Origin: Octopus sinensis
Taxonomy: Eukaryota
DNA: 64,000 bases
Reading direction: 5' to 3'
Assembly: GCF_006345805.1 (NCBI RefSeq)
Contig: NC_042997.1
Coordinates: forward strand, 203,112,001-203,176,000
The notes under the pieces are model-generated. The model did not search any database. It saw nothing but the letters and a program-made list of their open reading frames with translations, and was not told the DNA's origin. A program made the position numbers and the translations under genes. This document shows positions 24,046 through 37,546 of the stretch, in pieces (the first letter of the stretch is position 1; every line of letters starts with the position of its first letter).

Positions 24046-26868
24046 GCACTATTTAGTTTATATTCAAAACACCAGCTTAATTACAAAATTATGAGACAGA
24101 ATTCTTCATTATTTTCAAAAGTAATGGAAACAAACAGTATATTTCAACAGAAGTATTCTAACGCAAAGGTTAATTATTTAGTTCAAGTTAAGAAAGTCAC
24201 AAAAAGTGATAAAACCTACTACTACAATTCCTATCACTGTTACTATGATCGGCTTCATGTTTTTCCTAACATGGATTTGATAGGTTTCAATTTCTCATGT
24301 AGCACCATGCACCCCATGGTGGATCTAAGTATTGGTGGCAATTCTAGCAAATTTTAGTTTTACCATTTGGCTGGGTACTCAATATCAACAGCTGCTACAG
24401 TGGCACTAATTAGGGCCATTTATCATAGATATCAGCATGGGGAAAGAGAACCTGTATAATGATAGATGCCTTTCCTATTTCAGCTTCAGTTTCCAAAGTG
24501 ATATGGATTAGTTGCATCTATGAACACTAGATAAAGATTACCTGCCGGGATCAATTTCTTTTCTAGATCACTGAAACTGTCATGGTTGAGATAAAGTGAA
24601 AATTGATCAAGTGTAAGTATCACAGAATCTCATGCTCAGAAATATTCTGTTTTTGCCATGGATGGCATTATATTCCCAGGCTGTAAGTCAGAGCGTCTGA
24701 AACTTAGATTTAATTAAGCCATTTTCTCAAAGATGTAATGTAATGAGTTGAAAAACTGATCAACTAAGATCATCCATGCAACAGAAAATAAACCCTCCTT
24801 CCAGAGATATTTAAGATAAAGGTAGGAAAATAAGTGCAATTTGTAGATTGCAGTTATCTAAGATCTTTAAATGGAAACTTTTGGACACTACAGACAATAC
24901 AAATTGGAGTGAATCTGGTGTTTAAAACCAAATGACATGTTTTAATTTTATGAAATGCCAGTAAAGCAATCGATGACAGAATGGAAAGTAGTAGACATAA
25001 AATGATGATGATGATGATATAATATGTTTGGAGTGAAAATTGGTACATTCAAACACTAACATCATATAGTAGTCACTTCCAACCAAGTTATATACCCTAG
25101 TATTAAGATAGCAATGAAATAAGTATGAGACTGAATATTGTCACCTATAATATCGACTAAAACCCTGAAGGTTTCAGTCAATTATATCGACCTCCAGTAT
25201 GACATATCCAACAATTGAAACCAGTAAAAAGAAAGGGAACTGTCTTGAGGTTAAAATATCTTTTCAAATATTCCTTAGAAATGAAGGAAACCTCGATGAA
25301 GACATAAATGAAAACACATAAACCATAAAAGTCCTTTACAACAATAGGAAAATCACAATTTAATGGCCTTTAGAAAGGTGTGAACACGTTTCCTTTCTAA
25401 TCCTATATATATATATATATTTGAAACATTGTACAAAGTCAAAAAAGAAATCAATATTATTAAATTTACAGAAGTAATTTTTGTTTTAATATGAAAGTGA
25501 ATTACTGTTTAGCAACACAAGTATGGGAATTAGATGCAGTTTTACATCCATTTTTGTTAACATTAAGCCAAGTCGTCTAATGTTAACATTAAAAACCACT
25601 TTATCAATACTTCATTGAAACATTTTCATATGTACACACACACACATATAGTGATAGAGGAAGAAAGAAATAAAAACACATGCGCGCATGTGTGTGTGTG
25701 TGTGTGCACACACACACAGACATATACATACACACATTACTTTTTGTTATTAAAGTATTCAATACATCAAGAAATAGAGCGTGCTTAATTTTTTATTCAG
25801 TAAATTTAACTTAACTTGTTATTTCTACACCATACTCACATGTATGTATACTACAACGCAGAAAAAAAAAACTTGCTCTGGATTTTAGGCAATATTCTAA
25901 CGAAATATTGTTTCTGATCATACCAACTACAAGACCACACAAAACTTTATTATTCAGTCTTTTCCCTTCTCAGCAATATCCGATCAAGATGCACTCATGC
26001 CTACCAGAGACATGTAATTCTATATCTCATATCAGTGGTTTCTCATATTACAAGATTTTAGGTCAATAAAATGCTGATAATCCTGACATCAATAGAGCTT
26101 TCAACCATATCTCTAACTGTACCAAAAGACAGTTACTTATATATATATTAAGGAAACAGAGGTACAACACTGATTCATGGATAACACACAGCCAAACTTT
26201 CAGATATGTGAGGTCTGATGATTCTTCAGAGTGACCACACCTATTATATGTCTAAAACTGCTTGCTGAAGGTTATGCTTTCTCTTCAGAGCCAGTTACCT
26301 GCTTCAGTCCGTTCCAGTTACATGAAGCAACAAGAGAGCTTTTACATGGTTGTTCATCCTGCTAAAACTAGCAGCTAAATTATCCTAACATCGTAGGAAG
26401 ACATTGAATAATGTAATCCTAGATATACTTATGTTCCCTCTTATCAAAAAAAAGAAAAACAATGGTATTTTTTTTATTAAAAAAAATTTTTTTTTAGTTT
26501 CAGCTCAGAGCTGTGGCCATGCTGATGCACCGCCGTATGGTGATAATGATAGGTACACTTTAATGATAGGTACACTTGGTTAGAGCTAACCTTGAGCTAA
26601 AACTTTGGATCAAACACCTCTGTCTGATTTATAGATCTTCACTCGACAACCATACCCTCCCCCACCAAAAAAATTATACCATTACTAAAACATTGCTCCA
26701 CTGAAATGCAAGTTCTATACTTCCCCCTTCACATTTCCCCCATCTACTGTGTATCGATTCCTTAACTCTATGGTTAACAATGCAGAATGGTTTCCCTTTA
26801 AAACAGTTATGTCTTTGACCATCCCCTGCCACTATCCATATTTCCACATCAACCTGAACACCAATTAC

Positions 26869-27252
26869 TCCAACTTAACCTTTTCATTAAACTACATTGT
26901 GCTTGTTTTAATCAATTTTTGAAATAAGAAAGATTTCATTAAACTAGCTTATTAAGCTGCTGCTTGGAACATAAACATGAAATCTTAAAAGGCTTTAATT
27001 TAAATCACTTTAAAACAAGGAATTTGTATCATAATAAAACCAGGGACATTCTAAGGGTGGTTGGTGTAAAAACCGCCAACTCTTGACACAATATTTCTAT
27101 TGAAGTACACTGTGGCTGTCTCAATAAATTTTGAAAATAATGAGCAATTAACAAGGTTTTGATAAAAGGGTTTTATTTAGATCACTTGAAAACAAGGATT
27201 CTGTATCACCAAACCAAGTTCAGTTTCAGGTGGGTTGGTATAAAAAGGATTA
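26869..27252. mobile_element. Two adjacent degenerate MITE family A copies
   Basis: Shared motifs attaagctg..ggaacataa and gatcactt.aaaacaagg, with ggtgggttggt ends. Confidence 0.6.
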
Positions 27253-28410
27253 AAAATGAGAGAGAGAAGGGAAGGAGGGAGAGAATGAGAGAGTATGCAT
27301 TTGTGTGTGTGCATACGTGCATGCATGCTGGTAATGGCACAAATACTATGAATAAAAAGAGGCAGGTAGCTGATTCTGTGACCAAGGTTAACGCTGAAAC
27401 CTGCTAATTTCTCAAATTCCCAAAGAGTAATTAAAATCCAATGCTCTGTTGCAAGATGTATACACAGCGAAGCACACTCAAGTCAATAAATTTAACAAAA
27501 GAAACCACATCACAATTAGCTACTTAGAGAAAGGTGTTAGGTTTGATTTACGACTTGCTGTTCCATCTTTCAATGCCAATTCTTAGTTATAATGTTCTAG
27601 GCTCTTTGATGCCAAAGTGGTACATTCACCAATATTTAATCTGTATTTTTTTTTTTAAGCAGTGAATATTGCTCTACTAAGAATGGATTCAACATTTTCT
27701 ATAAAAAAAACAAACAAACAAGGTGAGGTGCTAAAAATAGTGTCAAGGTTGTGAGAAAGGAGGTGAAAAGACTTTAATAGAAATGGAGATAAAGTTTAAT
27801 AACTGGTTCAGTCAATACTGCTGTTGCCTGCTGTGTGTGCATGTGTGTGTGTGTGTGTGTGAATGTGTGTGTTAACAATACTGTTAATGCTTGTATCTCT
27901 GCTAATGTATCTCTAGTGAAACTCTGATATGAACAGGAAGTATTTGTGAAGAAAACTGGCCTTCAAAATCAGTCTGCAACCCATGAACAGATAGGACTTT
28001 CATGTTTTTTTTTTTAAACAGCTTTCTCCATTATAGTATAGATGGCTTCATTAGGGGAAAGAGAAAGGGCAACACTGATAACATTGGCAGGGCCACAGGG
28101 GCAGTTGAAGAGTGAGGGAGGGGAATCATAACAGATGGATTGTGTTCAAATCAGACACCCAGTACGGTAAAGATTGTATTAGATATAGATATATGTATAC
28201 ACACACACACATACACAAGCATCCAAATATCAATAAACATTATCTATATATATACACCTTAACCATCCCATAAACAGTGTATAAACTTACTGTAATGCTA
28301 TACAGATAAATGTACACAGCTATGCTTTATACAGTATTCAAATATTAATATATACATGTATATATAATAAGCTACATACAATATGTAAATATCGATAGAC
28401 ACATCTACAT

Positions 28411-28570
28411 GCCAGAGTAGGCTGTATAGGTAAGAAGTTTGCTTCCCATCAACATAGTTTTGGGTTCAGTCCCATAGTGTGGCACCTTGGGCAAGTGCTT
28501 TCTAAAATAGCCCTAGGCCAAACAAAGCCTTGTGAGTGGATCTGGTAGATAGAAACTGAAATAAGCTTAT

Positions 28571-28604
<34 letters not shown>

Positions 28605-28610
28605 ATATAT
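28411..28610 (+). mobile_element. SINE family 1 head; its tail B resumes at about 29965-30240 after the PLE insertion
   Basis: Head and core motifs followed by (TA)n; the matching tail B lies downstream of the PLE. Confidence 0.75.
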
Positions 28611-28650
28611 ATAAATGGAGTTAAACGCAGGTGTTATTCAAATTCTTTTA

Positions 28651-28738
28651 CTTCCGACATATGTTTCGAAGACAACATTGGTATTATTCCAAAGGGAATA
28701 AAATGGTGTAAAACAATGTAATCTTCTCATCAGGGAAA
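28651..28738 (-). ncRNA. Type I hammerhead ribozyme motif with intact core
   Basis: Minus strand reads UUUCC-CUGAUGA-GAAGA..(59-nt stem II)..UCUUC-GAAA-CAUAU-GUC/GGAAG. Core boxes are exact, stem II closes G-C, stem III is the palindrome ACAUAUGU, and stem I is 5 bp. Predicted cleavage between 28656 and 28655. Confidence 0.8.
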
Positions 28739-29675
28739 GAAAGAAAGAAACCAAAGGTAAAGTCTTTTAAAGATAGCTACATTAACAATAAGACAACTAC
28801 TAGCAAAACTATTTGGTTGATTATTCCTTATGAGAGGCAAAATAAATCTAATCTTCCTTTCCAGTTCCGTGAAGCTATTACTAAGAACTTTCCAAAGAAT
28901 TCTAGGTATTATCTGATTATCAGCTCGCACACGGTTAGGATTACTTTTTCTAACACAAAAAAAATCTTTCACAAATTATCTCTTCACAAACAATTAGTCT
29001 GTTAAATAAGAATCCAATTACTGAAAATACTAACATTAATTTAGCTAATACTAACCATCCCCCTAGTAATATTAATAACAAGGTTATTGTCTCTCAAGTC
29101 AATTCCAACAGAATTAAGTTTATGTCTAGTAATTCTAAGACTAAAAACTCTATATACCAGTGTAAAATTACTTCCACTACTGATGTCTTTTTTTATATAG
29201 TTTCTTCCTAGTTATCTAAAAGAATTTCTAATCATTACTCTACATTTAGGGATAGTAATAAACACAACAGTACAGGGCTTAGTAAATTAATTTGGTACCT
29301 AAAAGATCATAATAAACAATTTAATTTAGATTGGTTGATTCTCTCCATTTCATTCCCATACGATAAAGGCAAAGAATTCTGCCAACTCTGTAATAGTGAG
29401 TTCTTTTATATTCTATTTTCTAAGAATCCTCTTGTAAACACATTTATAGAGCATGCTTATTGATGTAAACATTGGCAGAAACATACCTTTAGTTCATATA
29501 AGTGATTTCTACCATGCTACATAATTTGAACATTGATTTCCTTCTTACATTTCACTAGATATATTTATTTCCAAACCTTTAAACTTTTGTTTTAATTCAC
29601 ATATTGCTCTATATTTCTCCTTTATTAGTTTATTCTGTTAAAATGTCTTATTAATATGTTTGGTTTCTTTCTTTC

Positions 29676-29759
29676 TTTCCCCGATGAGAAGATTACATTG
29701 TTTTACACCATTCTATTCCTTTTGGAATAAAATGCTGTCTTTGAAACATATGTCGGAAG
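29676..29759 (+). ncRNA. Degenerate hammerhead motif (second pLTR copy)
   Basis: TTTCC-CCGATGA-GAAGA..TCTTT-GAAA-CATAT-GTC/GGAAG: same fold, but CUGAUGA is changed to CCGAUGA and stem II closes G-U. Confidence 0.65.
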
Positions 29760-30497
29760 TAAAAAAATTTGAATAACATCTGCGTTTAACTCCATTTATT
29801 TATTTCTATATATCATACAAAATATTTCACATCAACTCGGAGTTTCTATCTTTACAAACGGGGTGTTAAGTCCTTATTACTAGTGTGATTTTTTTGTTGC
29901 CCTGGTAACTGTTTATTTTTTCCATGTTAATAGTTAACAAGGGGAAAATACACATATCCATTTATATATGTGTGTGTGTGTGAATGTGTGTCAGCTTGTG
30001 TATCCTTGTTTAGACATCATGTGATAGTTGTAAATGAGTGTCATTGTCATGTAAGCAGTGTCGTTCATTTCCATATTCTGTAAAAGAATGTCTGAACATG
30101 GGGAAATATCTTGCCTGGAAACAAATGAAGGTTGGCAATAGGAGAGGCATCAAGCCAGAGAAAATTTGCCTCAATGAACTCCTTTGAATCCATGTAAGTA
30201 TGGAAAAGTGGACATTAAAATGATAATGATGATAACATGTCCACAATTAGATACACACAATATGTATCATTTCTAATGTAGGCATAAGGCCAGAAACTTA
30301 ACAGTAGGGAAACTGCTGATTTCACTGATATCAGTCAGTACTTCAGTGATACTTCATTTTATCAACTTTTGAAGGACAAGAGTTTGGCCTAGTAATGGCA
30401 TGTAGTCTAGAAGTTATGACATTGCAATCATAATCACATGATTGTGGTTTCAATTCCTGGACTGAGTAGTGTGAAGTTCTAAAGCAAAATACTTTAA

Positions 30498-30719
30498 CCC
30501 TTTCGATACCAGCCTGCCTGACACCACTCCTTGGCTCTGTGGTACAAACATCTTATTTTCAAGAGTCCTGAATTAAAATCTTCCATTAGAACTTAATGTT
30601 AATTTGTGATCCAAACACTAATTAATAACAACAAAGTTATTTCACTAATTTCTTCATTATTTTCAAAATTAATTGAAGTAAAGACAGAGTATCTCAACAA
30701 AAATATGGCAGCAAAAGGG
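30498..30719. mobile_element. MITE family A nested in a SINE
   Basis: TTAA-CCCTTTCGATACC start and GCAAAAGGG end (right TSD decayed); body homologous to 54117-54324. Confidence 0.75.
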
Positions 30720-32442
30720 TCAGACACCTTATTTCACATGGCTTGACTCTAATCAGCTGCAAATGAGTAACCCCTACAACAGATTGGGGTCCTGTTCAAA
30801 GAGGAAGTTGTGATATTGGCCAGTCATACACCATGGGAACCAGTTAAGCAACCCAAAGAGTTCTAGGGCTCAAGACAGTAATGTCCTGGGGTTATTGAGG
30901 ACAATGATTATAACGATAATGATGATAGCAACAATGCAGGATGAAAGCCAAAATTGACTTTGGTGGGATTTGAACCCAGAATTAAAAAAAAAAATACTGC
31001 AAGGTATTTTTGTTGATGCCCTAATAATTTTGCCAACCCTTACAGCTTGAATGCACCAAATATCGACATTATAAATACAAGTGTGCTTATACACACACAA
31101 ACACTTGGTCACATAAACTGATTATAGAAATAAAAGCCTTTCTTCTTGTTAATTGCATGGCAGATTACGTTGTTACAGTGATTTGTTAATGTTTGCAAAA
31201 GGCACTCAGCTGAAGGCACTGGTTTTCCAGTGGTTGATGAATTTAAATCTATGGAACCATGCAATGGAAGGAGCTGCAAACTAAGACCAAATGGTTTTAA
31301 CCAGAGAGCCATGCTCTCACCTATGTTTAGTAGTTGGATATTCCATGGTTAGATCTTACTGTCATGACATGGAAATGAAACATTATGAGACCTATTACAA
31401 GAAGTCAGAAAATGGTATCAGCTATGGCCAAAGTCTTATACTAAAAATTAAGAAAACATTTTACATTAGTCAAATATCTGCTACAATAGCCTTAGATCAA
31501 CCAAAGCTTTGTGAGTGAATCTGAAAGAAAGAGACTGAAAGAGGCCTGTCGTGTGTGTGTATGAGTGTGTCTCCCCATCCTTCTCTTGACACCACATGAA
31601 GGTTGTAATGGGCATCATGCAAGTGATGTTGTCCGTTTGCAGTCTTCCATGAAAAATGTGGCCAAGAGGAAACATTACTTTGCTTGGAAACAGGTGAGGG
31701 TTGGTGACAGAAAGATCAACCAGCTATAAAAAGAAAAACACTTAAACAACTTCTGTTTGACGAATGAAGCATGGAAAAGTAGATGCAATGATGATTGTGA
31801 AATAAATGAGCAGCAGGCAGCCTCAAGACATGGCTTGCATTGATGCCATATTTACCACTCATCTTAACATATTCTACAGAAATATATTATCTGATGAATG
31901 TCCCGTCATTACCATAATCAATGATGATAAGGTGATATGCCAGAAAGAGGAAATTTAGAGGTACTGAAGGCAAGAGTTTACCTGATTTGACAGGTGAGTC
32001 TTGAACTGATTCTTGAGTTAACGGGGGAAAAAAAAAGTACCTAAAGTTTTGTACAGTGGGATTGAACTCAAGCCTTTGTAGTTCAGAAGTGAACTCCTTA
32101 TTTTGTGGATAAATTTTATCAATATAGATACACATATACAAGGCTGTGTGGCTAACAAGTCCACTTGGCAACCATGTGGTTTTGGATTCAGACCAACTGC
32201 ATGGCACCATGCACAAGTGTCTACTACTCTAGTACCAGACTAACCAACCAATGCCTCTTCCATTTGTGTGTGAACACACACGTCTTTGTTTGAATTTATC
32301 ACACGTTATTTAACAAGCAATGTTGGTTTGTTTACATCCCTCTAACTTAGCAGTTTCACAAAAGAGCCCAGCAGAACAAGTGCCAGACTTATGAACAGCC
32401 AGAGTTGATGCCCCAGCATGATCATAGATTGAAACAAACTAA

Positions 32443-32479
<37 letters not shown>

Positions 32480-32637
32480 CATACATACATATATATATAC
32501 ATACACACAAAGGAATTATATGAAGATTGGAAATCATCCAAGTGAAAAGAATAACGATAACAATCTGAAATATTGATTTCTAACAGCAATGATATATCAT
32601 CCCATAAACACAGCAATGCAGTAGCAACACATATGTA

Positions 32638-32641
<4 letters not shown>

Positions 32642-32694
<53 letters not shown>
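32642..32694. repeat. (CA)n microsatellite
   Basis: Read directly from the sequence. Confidence 0.97.
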
Positions 32695-32695
<1 letters not shown>

Positions 32696-34378
32696 CAAAC
32701 AAACAAACATGAATAGTTTGAATGCACCAATCATTGATACAGATATGAAAGATAAGTATTATATAAGCATGTTTATACACACACAAAGGCTTGGTCATGC
32801 AAAGTGAATATAGAAAAGAGGGAAAAAAAAGAAACAAAAGATCATTCTTCTTATTTCCTTAACAGATTAGTTTGGTTAGAATGATTTACTCTGAGAAGTA
32901 TGCTTGTGTGAAAGACAGTCTGTTACAAAACCTACAAGGATCAGTGAGACAACAATTGTATTAATTCTAATTTGCTATCAGAAATGGTACTTAGAGCTTT
33001 ACAATAGAGAATCCAGTAATAGCAATGTGAAGATTTACTCAACATAATCTAGTTCTTGTAAACTAGCTACTGAAATAAAATACTACAAGGACTGGTAGGT
33101 GGCCAACAGAGGGGGGAAAAAAAGAGAGAAATAATAAGAAATAATACCACTTGCTCAGCAAACATCCTTTCCAAATAATTTAGTTTCCATTTGTTCTTTA
33201 TCTCATGCCTGTAAAGTGTCCATACCAGAAATAAATATCGTAAATTTATATTTATAATAGCAACATAACTTTGCTTCAGAACAGTTGCCAAAAAAGCAAA
33301 GATCAATCTAATTAATATTATAGCCAATATTTTGACAAGATCTGTCAGTGTAGCCTAATTCACTCGTCAGTAGAAGTCGATACTGCAACTTGATTCAAAT
33401 CTAAGTCAGAAGAGTTAAACTTGGCTGTTCTGCAAGCTATCTCTTCTAATGAATAAAGTGAAATTACAGTAACTTTTATAATCAATGTACAGTTTCTAGA
33501 GTAACAACTGGCTTGAAATCTAAGTCTAAGTTTGGTATTTTATGATCAGACTTTCAGCTGGTGATTGCTATATAACACAGAAACACAAAAAGACCATTGC
33601 AACCTCTCCAAGACTACTGAGTTTGATGTCATTAGCACTCCATTGCAGGTGAACACCTGTAGAGAAGACACAAACAAGAAATAGGTTCTGGGAAGAAAGG
33701 ACGGGACATAGTGGTTAGTGCAGGGAAAGGAGACTGGATACACTAAGAGGTGGAAAGATGAATGAGTTGGTGGCATCTAAATGGTGAGGGTAAGAGACCA
33801 ACCAGCTCTGAGGAATGAGGCCATTAAAGTAATAAATAGAAAAGACAAAGGAGAACCAAAGGCTGAAGCATGTACATTAGGGATTAAACCGCAATTAGTC
33901 AAGTGGCCCTTTTCTGGATGCAGTCCCTGATATATGACATGTGCAGCAGTAACACTTTCCCAAATGTGGGAGAATTGTTCCAGGCCTTGTAGAATGTCAG
34001 CAGTTGTTTGGGGCTGAAATATTGCATAATGAGACTAACTACTAAATGTCAACCAAGCTAGGTCAAAAGAATCTCATGTTTTCATTGGTTGTATTTAGAG
34101 CATGTGACAAAAACAATATTTCGAAAAGAACACAGGGAGCTGGTAAGCTGTTGGTAGCATCTGCTAGTTAATAAAACTAGAAAATATTGCCCTTTAGCTT
34201 TGTTATTTTTTTCTGTTTTATTCTGTTGCAACAACCACAAAGAAAACAGTTTAATTATGTTTGTGAACTCTAGATTAGGGGTGATTATAATTGAAAAGCT
34301 GATAGAAGCCAAGAGGAAATATAAAAGAGACTATTAAAGAGCATAAAATAACAAAAAGAGAAAGAGAGAACAACTTAC

Positions 34379-34498
34379 ATTTTGTCGCTCACCAGTAATT
34401 TGAGCAAGACAAACCATCTCTTTACCAAAGTGGCTGAATGCATCCATGAAATCCGTGAAATTTGAAACACGTTCTAATTTCACCAAACTGGCCAAAAC
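34379..34498 (-). CDS. CTNNAL1: alpha-catulin internal coding exon (120 nt, phase 0-0): VLASLVKLERVSNFTDFMDAFSHFGKEMVCLAQITGERQN
   Basis: Acceptor ttttgttttttttacag|GTT and donor AAT|gtaagttg. The peptide aligns by eye with human alpha-catulin as recalled (VLATMERLEKVNSFQEFVQIFSQFGNEMVEFAHLSGDRQN) and joins in frame to exon 8240-8151. Confidence 0.93.
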
Positions 34499-37497
34499 CT
34501 GTAAAAAAACAAAAGAAGTCAATTTAGGCCATTGATAGATATATACAATATTATGTATGATCCAGGAGCCATGAGAAGGAAACCAACTATGAGCACCATG
34601 TGAATTTTGTAAGACAAAACCTGTGAACTTCCAGAACTGATGTCATGAAAGATTAATTTATTTCAATTTATTTTCCCTTCCCTTACAGCATGACTGATTG
34701 AAACCAGTCATCTGTTACAATAAAAATGTAAATAATATCTTCTTTTGTCTCTGATAAAGTTCTGAAAATATCATCTTTTTCACTTTTAATTATATATTTG
34801 AACAAATATGGTAACAAAGGGGTAAATTTAATTCAGTATGTCCTATAGTTGCTAATGGGTAAGTAGGGTACTACAGAAGACTTTTGTAGCATTTAAAGAA
34901 CTAGCTCCCTTTTAAGGATCTTCAAAATGGAGGAGGAAGGAAATGTTAATAATGAGGGGTCTTCAGCTAAAGACACTGATTAAATGCTAAATTTAATTAA
35001 GTACAGCTATGTTGTGGGTCTTCAGAAACAGGGTTGACCAAATCTAACAAACAAGGAAACTATCTCTCTCTACCTATCTATCCATCCATCCATCTAGCTC
35101 ACAGTTCAAAAGGCAAATGATTCCGTATGGCAGTGTTTCTCAACCTTTTTACCCTTGCGTAATCCTTAAAATTACATGTCTCAAGGAACCCCTGCACAAA
35201 AAAAATTATATACCATATCTTTCTCATATTTTTTCATTGTAGTTCATGTAGTAAATATATATATATATATAGTGTACAAACTGCTAAGATTACATTATGA
35301 TCTGTTGGAACACTCCAATATTCCAACAGATCATAATGTAATCCTTTTATTGTCCTTTTTCATGCCCTGATGACTTTCCACCCAAGGTATTTTGAAATGC
35401 AAGCTTATGTATTTATGTTTTGTAGTTTAAATTGGATGCGAAATGAAACAATTGTAGGTGAAGATGCTAATTGATAAATAAATAAATTTGTATCCATAGG
35501 ATCTCTCCATTTTCAAACTTAATGATTACACACACACACACACACACACAACTCTCTCTCTCTTCCTACCAGTGCAGTATTGGTTTTCCTTAAGTGTGTG
35601 AGAGAGAGAGAGTGATACACACCCGACAGACTTCTTTTAGTTTCCATCAACCAAATCCACAGATAAAACTTTGGTTGATCTGGATCTATAAGCAGAAGGC
35701 ACCACACAGGAGAACTGAACCTGAAACCATGTGGTTGGGAAGTGAACTTCTTAACCTCTTACAAACAGAACAAATATTTCATGGAAGCATTACATTTGGT
35801 GGCATAATTCAAATCTTTGTTATTTTATTTTATAGGGTGCAGGTGAAGAAACCTTGCCATTCTTGTTCCTTCTATACCAATTAGTGAAATTAGACAGGTG
35901 GTAAAGGTGTCCTCTTGAAGCTAAAGTGTTACTGTCCTCTTCCTGCCCCTAGTTACCATCATGGTTTCACTGTTGAAATGTTTGTCAATCTGTTGTAAGA
36001 AGTTTTATTAACTGCACCTTGTACATACACTAGAAAACTTATGCAGCAATTAGAAGGCAGCAAGCTGACATGATTGTTAGCACGCGAGACAAAACAATTG
36101 GTGGCTTTTTCTTCCAGCTCTTTACATTCTAAGGTCAAATCTTACCTTTCATTCCTTCAGGGTCTATGAAATAAAGTGCTAGGCAAGTACTGATGTCATT
36201 GTAATTGTTGCCCTTGGACCCTGTTCAAGTTGAATGTTATGATCTTAGTTATTTATATGCCAATGGAAACTGGGTAACAAGACTTACGAGTCTCGGGATT
36301 CAAGAAAATAAACAAAAACTAAACCTACAATTATTTGCAGATATGCATACCTGCAATAAACTCCCTTCAAAATGTATCTATTAATGTTGCTACTCCTGTT
36401 TTGATCAATTATATAATTCAGATATCTTCTATGATAAAATTAGAAAAATTGATTATGCATAATGTTTTTAATATTTTGTTTTCTTTAATCAACTTGCCTT
36501 ACAAATATATTTCAGATATAATGAAAAAGTTAATCTTTGCTGCAATAACTCTCACTTGCCTTCCCAAAGGAAAAGTGAACCTTTGCTGATAATTATAAGT
36601 GGAATAACAGAATTGCTTTGGTACAGTCTCAAAACCAATGAAATATTTAAGAGTTCACTAAGATCTAAATCAATGGAGAAAACTATTGAGAAATTAATAT
36701 ACAGGAGTCTTTATAGGGAGAACAATTTAGTTCAATTAATAGTTAGCCTTAATACATTTTATGCCACACAGTATCTTAACTCTCTTATCTATTATATACG
36801 GAAGAAAGAATAAAAATGTATGCATTTTCACATTTTCATATCTAACAAGTAGTAATTCTAAAGAATTACATCTCTTAATAAATATTCTAGCAACCAGCAA
36901 GTTTATCAAGGATTTCTAAGTATCTAAGAAATCTAAATTGAAGATTGTGTAGACTTGACAGTAATATGATTAAAGTAATGCAATACTGTATCACAACTGA
37001 TAACTCTGCAACTATATACAAGCACACACATATCATTATAGTTATCTATTCCAAATATATCCTGTGAGAGAATGAAAAACAATAAGATATATCACAAGGA
37101 TTCAGCCTGGCTTATTTATAAATATGTATTTTAATAATCAAATTGTTTACCACACATTTATATATTTGAAGAAATTTAGGTGATAAATGATCAAAATTGC
37201 ACAGTACAATATTCTATAATCAGTATTGATTTTGTATCAAAAATAACCTTCTTTTCTTTTATACAATAGAAACACACACACACATTTCTGTAAATTTGGA
37301 CAAAATTGTAAAGAACTAGCATCAGGAAGAATATTTTAAAATTTTGATATATTTATTTTTTCAGTTCCATCAAATAATTTGTGTATATAAAGCATAAGGA
37401 ATGTTTATGTATGGATATGCATCTAAACAAATGAAAAAATATATACACACCTTAAATCTAATTTCAAAACAAATTATACATATATAAACACAAACAC

Positions 37498-37500
37498 AAA

Positions 37501-37543
<43 letters not shown>

Positions 37544-37546
37544 ATA
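37498..37546. repeat. (AAAT)n microsatellite
   Basis: Read directly from the sequence. Confidence 0.97.

Larger units (their letters stand above)
28611..29960 (+). mobile_element. 5'-truncated Penelope-like retroelement (PLE) with inverted pseudo-LTR copy and degenerate C-terminal GIY-YIG endonuclease
   Basis: Inverted repeats at 28611-28755 and 29659-29799. Frame 29143-29505 reads KNSIYQCKIT..FFYIVSS*LSKRISNHYSTFR..STGLSKLIWYLKD..LDWLIL..PY..FCQLCNSE..LVN..Y*CKHWQKHTF, a PLE-type GIY-YIG pattern with two in-frame stops. Linker-like HTVRITFSNTKKI lies in ORF 28817-29005. Inserted in a (TA)n tract. The right end beyond 29799 is uncertain. Confidence 0.85.

Noticed and set aside
26544-26577. 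17-bp tandem duplication (also a 19-bp one at 44098-44135)
   Set aside because: Ordinary local slippage duplications with no further structure.
35131-35200. hAT-like terminus CAGTGTTTCTCAACC
   Set aside because: No matching opposite TIR or 8-bp TSD was found, so it cannot be delimited as an element.
35365-35400. CTGATGA followed by GAAA (also CTGATGA at about 31892 and on the minus strand near 3982 and 7922)
   Set aside because: No stem II/III/I pairing or NUH site in the right geometry, so these are not hammerheads.
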